Part shown: in pieces, positions 35,854 through 45,010 of the stretch
Layout of the letters: every line of letters begins with the position of its first letter
Position numbering within the stretch: position 1 is the stretch's first letter
NCBI GenBank assembly: GCA_035289385.1
Contig: DATDXI010000031.1
Coordinates: 1-57,227 of the forward strand
Direction: 5' to 3'
Length of the DNA stretch: 57,227 nt
Origin: Candidatus Nanoarchaeia archaeon
Lineage (GTDB): Archaea > Nanobdellota > Nanobdellia > Woesearchaeales > GW2011-AR9
Made by a program: the position numbers and the translations under genes
Notes under the pieces: model-generated
The model's input: the letters and a program-made list of their open reading frames with translations, nothing else
Told to the model about the DNA's origin: nothing
Databases searched by the model: none

Positions 35854-36882
35854 TTACACCATCTCATACGCTCTCAAAATAATCTCTTCCGTCTTTTCCC
35901 AGCCTAAACAGCTGTCAGTGATAGAAACTCCTTTCTGCAGCTGCTCTTGATGTGGATCTTGGCTTCCTTCCACTAAGTTTGATTCTATCATCACGCTAAA
36001 AATATGTTTATTCGTTTTCATCTGCTGGATGACAGAGAAAAAGACGTTTGGCTGATTGATATGATTCTTTCCAGAATTACCATGGCTGCAATCTACCATA
36101 ATCAATGGATCTAAACCACTCTGCTGCAGCTCTTTCTGGCATAGCCGGATATGCTCTTGAGAAAAGTTAGGTGTTGCTCCTCCTCTGAGTACAAGGTGGC
36201 AATATGGGTTGCCGGAAGAATGATGCTCCGTCAGCCGCCCTTCATCATTGACGAGAGCAAAACATTGCTGTTCCCGTGCTGTACTGATAGCATTAATCGC
36301 GGGAATGATCTCTCCTTGTGGGGTGTTCTTGAATCCGACTGGTAAATTTAGGCTAGAGACGACATGGCGATGGTGTGGCGATTCCACCGTTCTTGCTCCG
36401 ATAGTCGCCCAGGAAACTAGGTCAATATAATAGGGGATCAATGAGGGGGTTACGATCTCTACTCCTAATGCAACTCCGATAGCTGTAAGATCTACCAAGA
36501 GCTGTCGTGATATCTTTAGACCTTTATTGAGATTAAATGGCTTTTTGATGTCTGGCTCATGGATCAATCCAGTCCATCCCATCTTTGTCCTGGGCTTTTC
36601 AATATAAGCTCTCATCACAATCAAGAATTTATCCTGTACTCTGTCAGCAAGTTCTTTGAGTAAGTGAGCATATTCTTTTGCCTCGTTTACGTCATGGATT
36701 GAGCAGGGACCGACAATAAGGAGTTTTCTTTTATCTTTTCCCAGAATAATATCTTTGATCTCTTTCCTTGATTTTTGAATGAGCTTCCTGCTTTTATCAG
36801 AGAGAGGAAACTGTCTCTTGATCTCTCGAGGTGAAGCCAACAGTTTGCTTTTTGCTGTCTTTTTGGGTTGTGTTGTGGTCAT
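35854..36882 (-). CDS. 3-deoxy-7-phosphoheptulonate (DAHP) synthase, class I
   Basis: LLIVGPCSIHD and IEKPRTKMGWTGL motifs. The start is moved to MTTTQPKK because the conserved promoter box lies at 36916-36929. Confidence 0.9.
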   Translation of the reverse strand: MTTTQPKKTAKSKLLASPREIKRQFPLSDKSRKLIQKSRKEIKDIILGKDKRKLLIVGPCSIHDVNEAKEYAHLLKELADRVQDKFLIVMRAYIEKPRTKMGWTGLIHEPDIKKPFNLNKGLKISRQLLVDLTAIGVALGVEIVTPSLIPYYIDLVSWATIGARTVESPHHRHVVSSLNLPVGFKNTPQGEIIPAINAISTAREQQCFALVNDEGRLTEHHSSGNPYCHLVLRGGATPNFSQEHIRLCQKELQQSGLDPLIMVDCSHGNSGKNHINQPNVFFSVIQQMKTNKHIFSVMIESNLVEGSQDPHQEQLQKGVSITDSCLGWEKTEEIILRAYEMV

Positions 36883-36915
36883 TTGTTTTTTTATAAGGGC
36901 TGAGCTATCCTCTAT

Positions 36916-36929
36916 TTTATAAACGTTGC
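36916..36929 (-). promoter_or_regulatory. BRE/TATA-like box (GCAACGTTTATAAA on the minus strand)
   Basis: Third copy of the same 12-14-mer, about 33 nt upstream of the ATG at 36882. Confidence 0.5.
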
Positions 36930-37021
36930 TTTTGATTCTTAGATAGAGAGACAGTAGCACTTCACCGTGGCGGAGGGCCGTCTTCCGTCTTCCTCGCTTC
37001 GTGAGATAAGTGTCATAGTAT

Positions 37022-37060
37022 ATAATATCTTAAGTGATAATATCTTAAGTGATAATATCA
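37022..37060. repeat. 15-bp tandem repeat, about 2.6 copies (ATAATATCTTAAGTG)
   Basis: Units at 37022-37036 and 37037-37051, plus a partial unit at 37052-37060. Confidence 0.85.
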
Positions 37061-37246
37061 TAGAGGATGAAAGTAATTAATAATTTTCAGGTGGTTTTCA
37101 TCCAGGCATATCGTAACACTCGTCAGACATTTTAGCTAAGCCGCCCTCCGCTTCAGGATAGTGAGGAAGTACAGGGAATAGTTTCGGGTTATAACAGGGG
37201 AATAGTTAAGGGATACCACTAGAAAAAAAGTATAGTCCCCCAAAAA

Positions 37247-38626
37247 TCAGGTAAGCAGTCGTCTGCCGGGGATAGGCACGCCACTTTGTATCGCTTCCAA
37301 CTGCACGGAAAGAGCGGTTAATTTTGCGGAATAGGCAGAAGTGTTATAGATAGGGTGCCTATTAGCCAGCCAGGGATGGGATATGGCTTCTGTTCTTAAC
37401 TGTTCAGATTCCTGAACTCCGTCAAAATTAATTCTCCAAGCACGACCCCATCCGTCCTTATTCTCCACAGTATTTCTTAATTGCTCTTGAGCATCTTCCT
37501 TCTTCTTTGACCATGCTTCAACTAATTTTGGATGCTGCTTTTTTATTTCCTGAACGCAGTAATCTAATTTTTTTTCAGCCCTTGATTGAAAATTTTCCAT
37601 TAGCCTTGACAGGTAATATAAAATATCGGGAGTGGCCCCATAAACTGCCTGATCTCTCATTTTTTGCTCGGGGAAAATCTCACCAGGAAAAAGTGCAGGA
37701 GCGTATTCCCTGCGCCTTTCTGCAGCTCCAAATCCTTCAAAAAGAGACAAAAATTCAAGGGATGGAAACCCAGCGTGAATAGGTTTAGCAATTCCCCCCA
37801 CTGCTTTCTCTAATTTTCTCCGGACATCTGGAAAAATATCTAAATATTCATTCCTTTCCCAGTGTTTTTTACGCTCAATCCTGAACCGAATGCCGGCATA
37901 ATTTCCTGCCATCAGGTCAAGGGCATCATTCATGGCGCTGAATACTCCTGAACCAGGAATCCTAAACCTCCCCTCGACAATCATAGTCAGACGTTTTGCT
38001 AATCCTGGCTTTTCTTTGGCATACCTATCTAATTCTTCTAGGCATTGGTCCATCCTCTTCTGAAGGGGTTCGGAAGCTGCCCTATAAAATGAATCAATCA
38101 TTTTCTTGATTAGCTCTGCTTGGTGGAGTTCTGACTGAACAAATCTTGCCGTTGCTACCAAGTCTTCGTTTCCTTCAAAGTAGGCCCCCGTTGATACGCT
38201 TCTTATCATTGTTTGATCATCAGGATATTCTGTGGGATCATGGGTTGCAAAGTAGGTTACCCATTGTTCAGCTTTGCTCAGCTCGCCCTGCAATCGTTGC
38301 TCTTCTTCTCTTAAGAAGATGGTATTAGCCCTGGGAATGGGATCATCTTTCACTTTTGGATGATAGACTGACGTTACAATAAAATCGCAAATCTGCCGCA
38401 ATGACTCTTCACTGAATTCAGCAAATCCCAAGTGCCGTAAGAATGATGACAGCTCAAAATGCAATCCATAAAATTGCTCAATATCAGCCATAGGGTTGCC
38501 AAACTGTCGCAGCGCTTCAACCTGCTCATGCATATACGAGAGGCCTTCTTTGGCATCGCTCATCTGCATCTGAAAATGAGTCGCTCGTAATGCTGTCCCT
38601 ATCCTGCTTTCCAGATTGTCAGCCAT
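37247..38626 (-). CDS. hypothetical protein (459 aa, helical)
   Basis: Long ORF. No family recognised. Confidence 0.6.
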   Translation of the reverse strand: MADNLESRIGTALRATHFQMQMSDAKEGLSYMHEQVEALRQFGNPMADIEQFYGLHFELSSFLRHLGFAEFSEESLRQICDFIVTSVYHPKVKDDPIPRANTIFLREEEQRLQGELSKAEQWVTYFATHDPTEYPDDQTMIRSVSTGAYFEGNEDLVATARFVQSELHQAELIKKMIDSFYRAASEPLQKRMDQCLEELDRYAKEKPGLAKRLTMIVEGRFRIPGSGVFSAMNDALDLMAGNYAGIRFRIERKKHWERNEYLDIFPDVRRKLEKAVGGIAKPIHAGFPSLEFLSLFEGFGAAERRREYAPALFPGEIFPEQKMRDQAVYGATPDILYYLSRLMENFQSRAEKKLDYCVQEIKKQHPKLVEAWSKKKEDAQEQLRNTVENKDGWGRAWRINFDGVQESEQLRTEAISHPWLANRHPIYNTSAYSAKLTALSVQLEAIQSGVPIPGRRLLT

Positions 38627-38647
38627 AGTGTATCATTTTGGTTATCT

Positions 38648-39508
38648 TTACCTATTCTTCCTTCTCCACAAGAGTGAGAGGGTTATGCCCAGAGCCAGCC
38701 CGCTCCCTGCACCTGCGGCAGTATATATTCCCATCTGAGTAGAATGCTCATCTGATTTTTGCAGGTACGTGCTTATTTCCTGTCTTTTCTCCTGCTGTGC
38801 TTGATTTATTATACTTGTAGTAACTCCTCCAAACCAAGGTATCCACCCTACTGCTCCTTTGACAGTATTAATAGCCCCATTAACAGCCCCTTCCACTCCT
38901 TCTTGTACATCATTAATAAGCTCTTTATCTCCATCTCCTTGTTCTTTGTCCGGAGAAAAAACATCCCACTTTTTCATTTTTTGATAGGATTCAAAACCTT
39001 GTTTTATTCCATAGGCACGGATAATGGGATTACTTTCCATAATCCTTAATTCTTCTGCCAATGGTGTATAACGGCTTACGGAGAAACCAGCATACGCACC
39101 ACCTAAAGTTAAAGCCAAGATCAGAGTATATTCCGCTGCTTTCTTAAGAAAAGTACCAGGAATAGTGGCAAGATTTCTTCTCTGCATTCCTCTTTCTGGA
39201 TAATTAGCAGGTACCATATAATGGCGAACGCCCTCCTGATAGGGCTCCTCTTCCCCTAGAACAGTCTCTATGGTGGAAGAATCTCTAAGAGGAGAAACAG
39301 CTATTCTTCTTCCTGACGGTGTGCCCATCGGTGGTAACTGAAAAGCCTGTTTATTTGTTGTTTGTGCCTGAAATTCAGCTAATAAGCCATATCTTTCTGC
39401 TCGGGTGGTACAGGCATCTGGATGCACTCCTGTTTTTTTTTCTATTATGGCCTTGTCTTCCGGCGTTAAAGAATTCCATACTTGATTCAGCTGGCGAGAG
39501 ATACTCAT
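38648..39508 (-). CDS. hypothetical membrane protein with a C-terminal TM anchor and basic tail
   Basis: Internal TM helix (YTLILALTLGGAYAGFSV) and the C-terminus AAGAGSGLALGITLSLLWRRKNR. Confidence 0.6.
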   Translation of the reverse strand: MSISRQLNQVWNSLTPEDKAIIEKKTGVHPDACTTRAERYGLLAEFQAQTTNKQAFQLPPMGTPSGRRIAVSPLRDSSTIETVLGEEEPYQEGVRHYMVPANYPERGMQRRNLATIPGTFLKKAAEYTLILALTLGGAYAGFSVSRYTPLAEELRIMESNPIIRAYGIKQGFESYQKMKKWDVFSPDKEQGDGDKELINDVQEGVEGAVNGAINTVKGAVGWIPWFGGVTTSIINQAQQEKRQEISTYLQKSDEHSTQMGIYTAAGAGSGLALGITLSLLWRRKNR

Positions 39509-39673
39509 AAGTAGTTAAAAAATTTAAAAGTTTATAAATTATCACTCCTATTTCTCCATTTTCTCCTCATTGAGGCTCTGAGAATTGTTTGGGAAAAGCA
39601 TCAAATAGAGGTCCAAAATCCTCAACTATAGATAAAAAAACCCTCCAATATCAGCCTAAAACCATCCTCTCCC

Positions 39674-39687
39674 AAAGCTTTAAAAAT
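39674..39687 (+). promoter_or_regulatory. BRE/TATA-like box (AAAGCTTTAAAAAT)
   Basis: About 22 nt upstream of the ATG at 39709. Confidence 0.5.
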
Positions 39688-39708
39688 ACTGGCAGAAATC
39701 ATAGGCTT

Positions 39709-40740
39709 ATGTTAACTGATAAAGATGTCGCACTTTTACGGGAAGAATTAGCTACAGCCCAGAATCCATTGTTCTTCTATGATGGTGATGGCGATGGCTT
39801 ATCTTCATTTTTGCTCTTGTACCGGATGCATCGGGAAGGGAAAGGCATTGCCTTGACGATGACTTCTAAACTTGATGTTGAAGCCTTAAGGAAAGTCCAG
39901 GAATTAGAGCCAGACAAGATATTTGTGTTAGATGTTCCCATCATCTCCCAGGAATTTCTTGATCAAGTGAAACGGCCCGTCTTTTGGATCGATCATCATC
40001 CCCCATTAAAACGGACAAAAGTCAAATATTTTAACCCGAGATTAGAAAATCCCGATGCTTATATTCCTACCTCCAGGATGTGTTGGCAGGTTTCTCAGCG
40101 AGATGAAGATAGGTGGATAGCCATTTTAGGAAATTTAGCAGATTATTATCTTCCGGAATATTTGGATCAATTTATCGAGCAATATCCACAGTATTTAGAT
40201 AAGCCTTATGACTTGCCGACGATCCTCTATAAGAAGCCGCTGGGGAAATTAGTAAAACTATTATTTTTTATTCAGAAAGGTCCGACGTCCGAGGTAAGGA
40301 AATCAGTGAAGATCCTTACCAGAATAAAATCGCCGGATGAAATATTTCAGCAGACGACGGCGCAAGGAAAATTCTTGTACCGCCGCTTTGTTAAGATCAA
40401 TGAGATGTATGAGGAATTGCTAGAAGAAGCAAAAAAAGTGGTGACGAAAGAGCATTTCATTTTATTCTTCTATACGGAGAAGAAATGGTCGTTTACGGCT
40501 AATCTTTCCAATGAGCTGTTTGGTCTTTATCCTAAGAAAATGATCATCATCGCCAGAAGAAAATCTGGTGAAGTAAAATGTAGCTTACGAGGCAAAAATG
40601 TTCTTACCTATCTCCAGAAAGCACTAGAAGGAGTTGAAGGACATGGTGGCGGCCATCCGGATGCCTGCGGTGCTGTCATCAAAGAAAAAGATTGGGAGAA
40701 ATTTTTAGAACAGTTTAAGAGAGAAATGAACGATGTTTGA
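39709..40740 (+). CDS. DHH-family phosphoesterase (RecJ/GAN-like)
   Basis: DGDGDGLSS, WIDHHP and GGGHPDACGA (DHH and DHHA1 motifs). The ATG at 39709 is preferred over the TTG at 39589. Confidence 0.8.
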   Translation: MLTDKDVALLREELATAQNPLFFYDGDGDGLSSFLLLYRMHREGKGIALTMTSKLDVEALRKVQELEPDKIFVLDVPIISQEFLDQVKRPVFWIDHHPPLKRTKVKYFNPRLENPDAYIPTSRMCWQVSQRDEDRWIAILGNLADYYLPEYLDQFIEQYPQYLDKPYDLPTILYKKPLGKLVKLLFFIQKGPTSEVRKSVKILTRIKSPDEIFQQTTAQGKFLYRRFVKINEMYEELLEEAKKVVTKEHFILFFYTEKKWSFTANLSNELFGLYPKKMIIIARRKSGEVKCSLRGKNVLTYLQKALEGVEGHGGGHPDACGAVIKEKDWEKFLEQFKREMNDV

Positions 40741-41122
40741 TCTTATCATAGGTATATTTGGGCTTGTTGGAGGCGCGATCTTATCGCTTATCGCCGTTGA
40801 AGAGCTCGTTGCTGGAAGAAGATATTTTATCCTGATGAAGAGGATGCTATTTTTGATAATCTCTCTTTTGATCTTTTATTTTTTCAGAGAAAAAATAGTA
40901 TTTCTTATCATCTTTTTCCTTGCTGCAGTATTGTTGTTCACCATCGAATTTTATGGGAAGTCATCATGGAAAGAGTTGGGCAATTATGCTTTTGTCGTGC
41001 TTGCCTATGCCTTAAGTTCCAACGGGAATTATCATCTGCTATTGTCATCATTCCTTTTCCTCTATGGGTTGCCGACGGGCACATTATTATGGCAAGCAAG
41101 AAAGATCTTGAAGAGACGCTGA
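40733..41122 (+). CDS. small membrane protein
   Basis: 129 aa, 4 predicted TM helices. 8-nt overlap with the upstream gene. Confidence 0.55.
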   Translation: MFDLIIGIFGLVGGAILSLIAVEELVAGRRYFILMKRMLFLIISLLIFYFFREKIVFLIIFFLAAVLLFTIEFYGKSSWKELGNYAFVVLAYALSSNGNYHLLLSSFLFLYGLPTGTLLWQARKILKRR

Positions 41123-41727
41123 AAGGAAAAATTTCTCCCCTCTTAGAAGAGACGATGGAGAAAAGCTGGGGGATTACTATTCCTCAATTAGAGTCAGACA
41201 TCACGGATAAGCTTAAAAATCCCCAGCTGCAGATCTATGTTTCTCCTCATCTTCCTTTTTCTACAGCAAAAAAGAAATTTAAATCAGAATTTCTGAAGAA
41301 AGAGTTGCGTTTACATCTGGGGAATATATCTCATCTTGCCAAAACATTAGGTATCGATAGAAGAAGCATCCATCGGGCGATAAAATCTCTGGAGATAGAT
41401 ATTGAATCTGCTCGCTATCAAGAAGTGAGGACGGCAAAAGAGGAGGAGATCAATGCGACCATCAGAACATCATTAGAGCAATATAAAGAGTTTATTCAGC
41501 CTCAGCAGATGGAAAAGATGTATGCAGAAGTTCCGGCATTATCGAGAAACATCGCTCAGATGCTGCCTCATACGGACATCGGCTGGAAGGAAGCGGAGAA
41601 AGAGTTTGAGAAACAATTCTTGGCAAAATCTCTGAAGGAACATGGAGGAAATGTTATTGAGACAGCGAAGCAGCTCCGTATCCGTGTGGAAACTTTGTAT
41701 AGGAAGATGAAGAAGCTGGGGTTATAG
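41089..41727 (+). CDS. protein with two Fis-type (HTH_8) helix-turn-helix motifs
   Basis: LAKTLGIDRRSIHRAIKSL and TAKQLRIRVETLYRKMKKLG. The start is set at MASKKDLEE. Confidence 0.6.
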   Translation: MASKKDLEETLKGKISPLLEETMEKSWGITIPQLESDITDKLKNPQLQIYVSPHLPFSTAKKKFKSEFLKKELRLHLGNISHLAKTLGIDRRSIHRAIKSLEIDIESARYQEVRTAKEEEINATIRTSLEQYKEFIQPQQMEKMYAEVPALSRNIAQMLPHTDIGWKEAEKEFEKQFLAKSLKEHGGNVIETAKQLRIRVETLYRKMKKLGL

Positions 41728-41852
41728 GCTTGCGGATTTTGGGAGTATGGAGATATGGCCTTCTGAAGTTCATAAATCGAAACGCTTAAAAACATCAAAA
41801 TTTTAGTAGGTTTTAGAATTGAATAAATAATTCGAGAAAAAAAGGTGATACG

Positions 41853-42563
41853 ATGAAACTTATCCTCAATAAAAAACCTAAAGATGTTACCATCATTGAA
41901 GGATTTCCGGGCTTTGGGCTCATTGGAACTATTGCCACAGAATTCTTGATGGAGCATCTTCAGACAGAAAAGATTGGCATCATTGAGATGGAGGAGATTC
42001 CTGCCATGATTGCCATCCATCAAAATAAAGTAATTGAGCCTATTTCTATCCACTATAACAAGCAATACAATATGGTTTTGATTCATGCCATCAATATTGG
42101 TAAAGATATGGGTTGGAAAGTAGCAGCAGTCATTGAGGATTTAGCAAAAGTGCTTCAAGCTAAAGAGATCATTTCATTAGAGGGTGTTGGCTCGCCGAAT
42201 CCGTCGACAGGAAGAAGAGTATTTTTTTACAGCAGCCGCAATGGGAAAGTGTCGCAGAAATTAACTGCAGCAGCACAGCCGTTGATGGAGGGCATTATCG
42301 TCGGTGTTACCGGTGCTTTGTTAGCGAAGCAAATATCAGTGCCTATAGTTGCCTTGTTTGCTGAAGCGAAGAGTAATCTCCCCGACAGCCAGGCGGCAGC
42401 AGAGATCATTAAGGCACTTGATGCTTATACCGGATTAAAAGTTGATCCCAAGCCGTTGCTAAAACAAGCAGAAATGTTTGAAAAGAAGTTGAAGTCACTC
42501 CTTCAGAAAAGTCAGGAAGCAGAAGAGATCCATGAGGATAAGAAGTTAAGTTACGTTGGATAA
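41853..42563 (+). CDS. PAC2 (proteasome assembly chaperone) family protein
   Basis: IIEGFPGFGLIGTIATEFL N-terminal signature. GGTGAT Shine-Dalgarno-like site 5 nt upstream of the ATG. Confidence 0.8.
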   Translation: MKLILNKKPKDVTIIEGFPGFGLIGTIATEFLMEHLQTEKIGIIEMEEIPAMIAIHQNKVIEPISIHYNKQYNMVLIHAINIGKDMGWKVAAVIEDLAKVLQAKEIISLEGVGSPNPSTGRRVFFYSSRNGKVSQKLTAAAQPLMEGIIVGVTGALLAKQISVPIVALFAEAKSNLPDSQAAAEIIKALDAYTGLKVDPKPLLKQAEMFEKKLKSLLQKSQEAEEIHEDKKLSYVG

Positions 42564-42842
42564 GTGATTGAAATGGCAAAAAAAGAGATTCAACTGCCTC
42601 CACAGAAGCCAGTAATCTCTCTTCCTGGAACAAAAACAATCTCTTATTTCCCAAAGAAGAGGCTTCTCTATGGTATTCTTCTCCTTGCCGTAGGAGTAGC
42701 AGATTATCTGCAGATAGGTCCAACTATCCCTAAGATAGTTCTTCATATTTTATTGGTTCTTTCAGGTATTTGGTTTCTTCTGCTATCGGTAGATTCGGCT
42801 TCTTCTAACCGACGGCGAGCATTGATGAAGAAGTATATTTGA
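42564..42842 (+). CDS. small membrane protein (92 aa)
   Basis: Two hydrophobic helices. Starts directly after the PAC2 stop. Confidence 0.45.
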   Translation: MIEMAKKEIQLPPQKPVISLPGTKTISYFPKKRLLYGILLLAVGVADYLQIGPTIPKIVLHILLVLSGIWFLLLSVDSASSNRRRALMKKYI

Positions 42843-43042
42843 TTATTTTTGATAGGCATACCCTATTTAATTTATGATTGTTGATTAAATTATTTAGTTT
42901 TAAATACTTTTAGTTTTAATCTGGTTTTTTGTTGGTTATACTAGTGTAATATTGTAGTTGAAGATTAAATGTTTTAGATTTTGATGATTTCAAACAAATA
43001 TATAGTTTACTTTTTAATAATAAATATTATCATAATAATTAT

Positions 43043-43057
43043 TAATCTTTGCTTAAA
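43043..43057. repeat. 15-bp direct repeat TAATCTTTGCTTAAA (left copy)
   Basis: Identical 15-mer at 44161-44175, with looser similarity extending upstream (AAATATTAT...). Confidence 0.8.
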
Positions 43058-43096
43058 CATTTTATTAAAAGAAGGGTGAAAAAACTAACAAAAAGA

Positions 43097-43717
43097 CTAC
43101 CCAAACACATTTCCTACCTTTTCTTGTAATTCTTTATCCATCTCGCTGATACTTTTCGTTCCATAGAGGTCCATCGTTGTCTTATAAGAAAGGTGTCCCA
43201 GCACCTTTTGTACCACTTCCAAGCTTAATCCTCGATCTTTTAATATTCGTGCACAGGAATGCCGTAAGATGTGGGGATTGATGTTCTTAAGCTCAGGAAT
43301 AGGGTTATGAAGCTGAGCGCGTTGTCCTGCTTGAGCCACGATTCTATTGATTTGAGTAGGAGTAATATGCCCCTGGTTATTTAAACTGGAGACTGCCGGG
43401 AAAAGATAGCCCGTTTTTGGATTATTGAGAACATATTGCATATAAATCTTGAGATCTTCAACGAGCTGGTCTGAAAACATAGTTGCTAACCTATCAATAT
43501 TCTTCTTTCCTAGAATCCTTATCTTATTCGTTATGAGATCAATATCCTCAATCTTTATTTTTGCCAGTTCAAACCGCCGCAAGCCACAGTATGCTAAAAG
43601 CTTGATGATAACCTTATCTCGTAATTTATCTGCATGTTTCACTAATTGTCGAATCTGTTCTTCAGAAAGATGAAACTGGCTCCTGCTATGTCCTTTCTTC
43701 ACCACTTTTTCATTCAT
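43097..43717 (-). CDS. tyrosine recombinase/integrase (short, catalytic domain only)
   Basis: AYCGLRRFE (Arg I), HILRHSCA (H-x-x-R) and LGHLSYKTTMDLY (His/Tyr). Confidence 0.85.
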   Translation of the reverse strand: MNEKVVKKGHSRSQFHLSEEQIRQLVKHADKLRDKVIIKLLAYCGLRRFELAKIKIEDIDLITNKIRILGKKNIDRLATMFSDQLVEDLKIYMQYVLNNPKTGYLFPAVSSLNNQGHITPTQINRIVAQAGQRAQLHNPIPELKNINPHILRHSCARILKDRGLSLEVVQKVLGHLSYKTTMDLYGTKSISEMDKELQEKVGNVFG

Positions 43718-43815
43718 AGGGGGTAGAAATGTAACAGATTATTTAAATATTACGTTTTTAGCATATTTTATTACTTTTTATGTAACATTCTGTATAAAGT
43801 GTTACGTAATGCGTC

Positions 43816-43934
43816 GGAGGTGATATTTTAGTGAAAATGGTAGGCGTCTTTGTTGCTGAATAGGGGGGGTTATTTTAGCGAAAAATACTAAATCTTTGCG
43901 GTAGAGAAATAAGGGGGGATATTTTGAGGTGAAG
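43816..43934. repeat. three iteron-like repeats (G-run followed by TATTTTAG/GAAAA), spaced about 46-50 bp
   Basis: GGAGGTGATATTTTAGTGAAAATGG (43816-43840), GGGGGGGTTATTTTAGCGAAAAATAC (43864-43889) and GGGGGGATATTTTGAGGTGAAG (43913-43934). Confidence 0.55.
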
Positions 43935-44160
43935 CTTTTTTCAAGAAAGAAAGATTTGGTCGCCCAAGGATCACAGTAGTTAGAACAGGTTGATTATTAT
44001 AACATTACGGAGATACTTCCCCTTGTTCTAAAATGTTTAATCAACAATTGTATGTTTAGATTATAAAAATAATAACTGTTGATTGCTTGTTTTATCTTAC
44101 TCTATTATCTTTTATCTATTAAAACTAATTTTAAATGAAATATTATATTTTATAAACTAC

Positions 44161-44175
44161 TAATCTTTGCTTAAA
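44161..44175. repeat. 15-bp direct repeat TAATCTTTGCTTAAA (right copy)
   Basis: Identical to 43043-43057. Confidence 0.8.
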
Positions 44176-44179
44176 TCTT

Positions 44180-44941
44180 CTATGTCTGTTGATGTGCTGC
44201 TTCTCTAGCTCTTCGTTGCAGGTTTACTTCCCATTTTTCTGCTCGGGGATTATCTGATTCTTGTTGTGTGAAGTAAAATCCCTGCGTTCTCCAGGAAATG
44301 AGTCTTTTCGTAGTATGGTCTAGGCATTCGATAGCGCTAAGCAGTCTTTCAACAACACTTAAGTCATAAGTAACCAAGGCAACTCTCCCACTCGTGTTGC
44401 TGTGATCTAGGGCATATCCTAATGTGGCAGCAACTAAGCTTTGATCAATATCATCATTTCCAAAAACTTCCCCATAGGGTAAATCCTGATCGATAAAATA
44501 AGCTGCAGTTACATTGGTGATATCCATAAGTGCATTGATTGCGTTTATAACATTAGGATCCATTCCCTTTCTTAGAACCAATGGATTAAACATCTTTGTT
44601 TTCCCATCGGCCATTTTTGTTTTACTGGGGAAATAGCCAGTAACTTCTTCAAAGAACTCTGCGCATCTTTTGCTTAATGCAGCGTAAAATCTGCGATGCT
44701 CTAAAAGAACACCAATAGTAGTGTGAACATTTTCTGCGCTTAATAGCTGTTGGAGCTCTTCTGCTCTTCGAAGATAATCTTCCAAGCGATCAAGATGTGG
44801 TGCTAAGTCACTTGCTGTTTCTATTTGCTGTAAGTCTCTGTGGAGATATCTCATGCCAGGAACAGAACTTAGAACATTATTGTCTATCAGCACGTGATCA
44901 TATCGTTCAACAATTTGAAGAAGAGTATAACCTGAATCCAT
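44180..44941 (-). CDS. hypothetical protein, possibly a PIN-like fold with a helical insert
   Basis: VLIDNNVL, DIDQSLVAATLGYAL and LVTYDLSV are spaced like PIN acidic motifs. Tentative. Confidence 0.5.
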   Translation of the reverse strand: MDSGYTLLQIVERYDHVLIDNNVLSSVPGMRYLHRDLQQIETASDLAPHLDRLEDYLRRAEELQQLLSAENVHTTIGVLLEHRRFYAALSKRCAEFFEEVTGYFPSKTKMADGKTKMFNPLVLRKGMDPNVINAINALMDITNVTAAYFIDQDLPYGEVFGNDDIDQSLVAATLGYALDHSNTSGRVALVTYDLSVVERLLSAIECLDHTTKRLISWRTQGFYFTQQESDNPRAEKWEVNLQRRAREAAHQQT

Positions 44942-45010
44942 AATAAGAGTTATTTAGAATCCATTTAAAAGATTACCTCTTTTTGAGTCTATATATAGAT
45001 TCTGCTAACT

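Noticed and set aside
37022-37060. The tandem 15-mers here and the spaced repeats at 43816-43934 were considered as possible CRISPR arrays.
   Set aside because: The 15-mers are contiguous, with no spacers. The 43.8 kb repeats are only three, are imperfect and are about 20 nt long. No cas genes are in the window.
40966-41088. The HTH_8 protein ORF has an upstream extension that overlaps the membrane protein gene.
   Set aside because: The extension (MERVGQLCFCRACLCLKF...) is out-of-frame read-through of the preceding gene. A clean start, MASKKDLEE, is at 41089.
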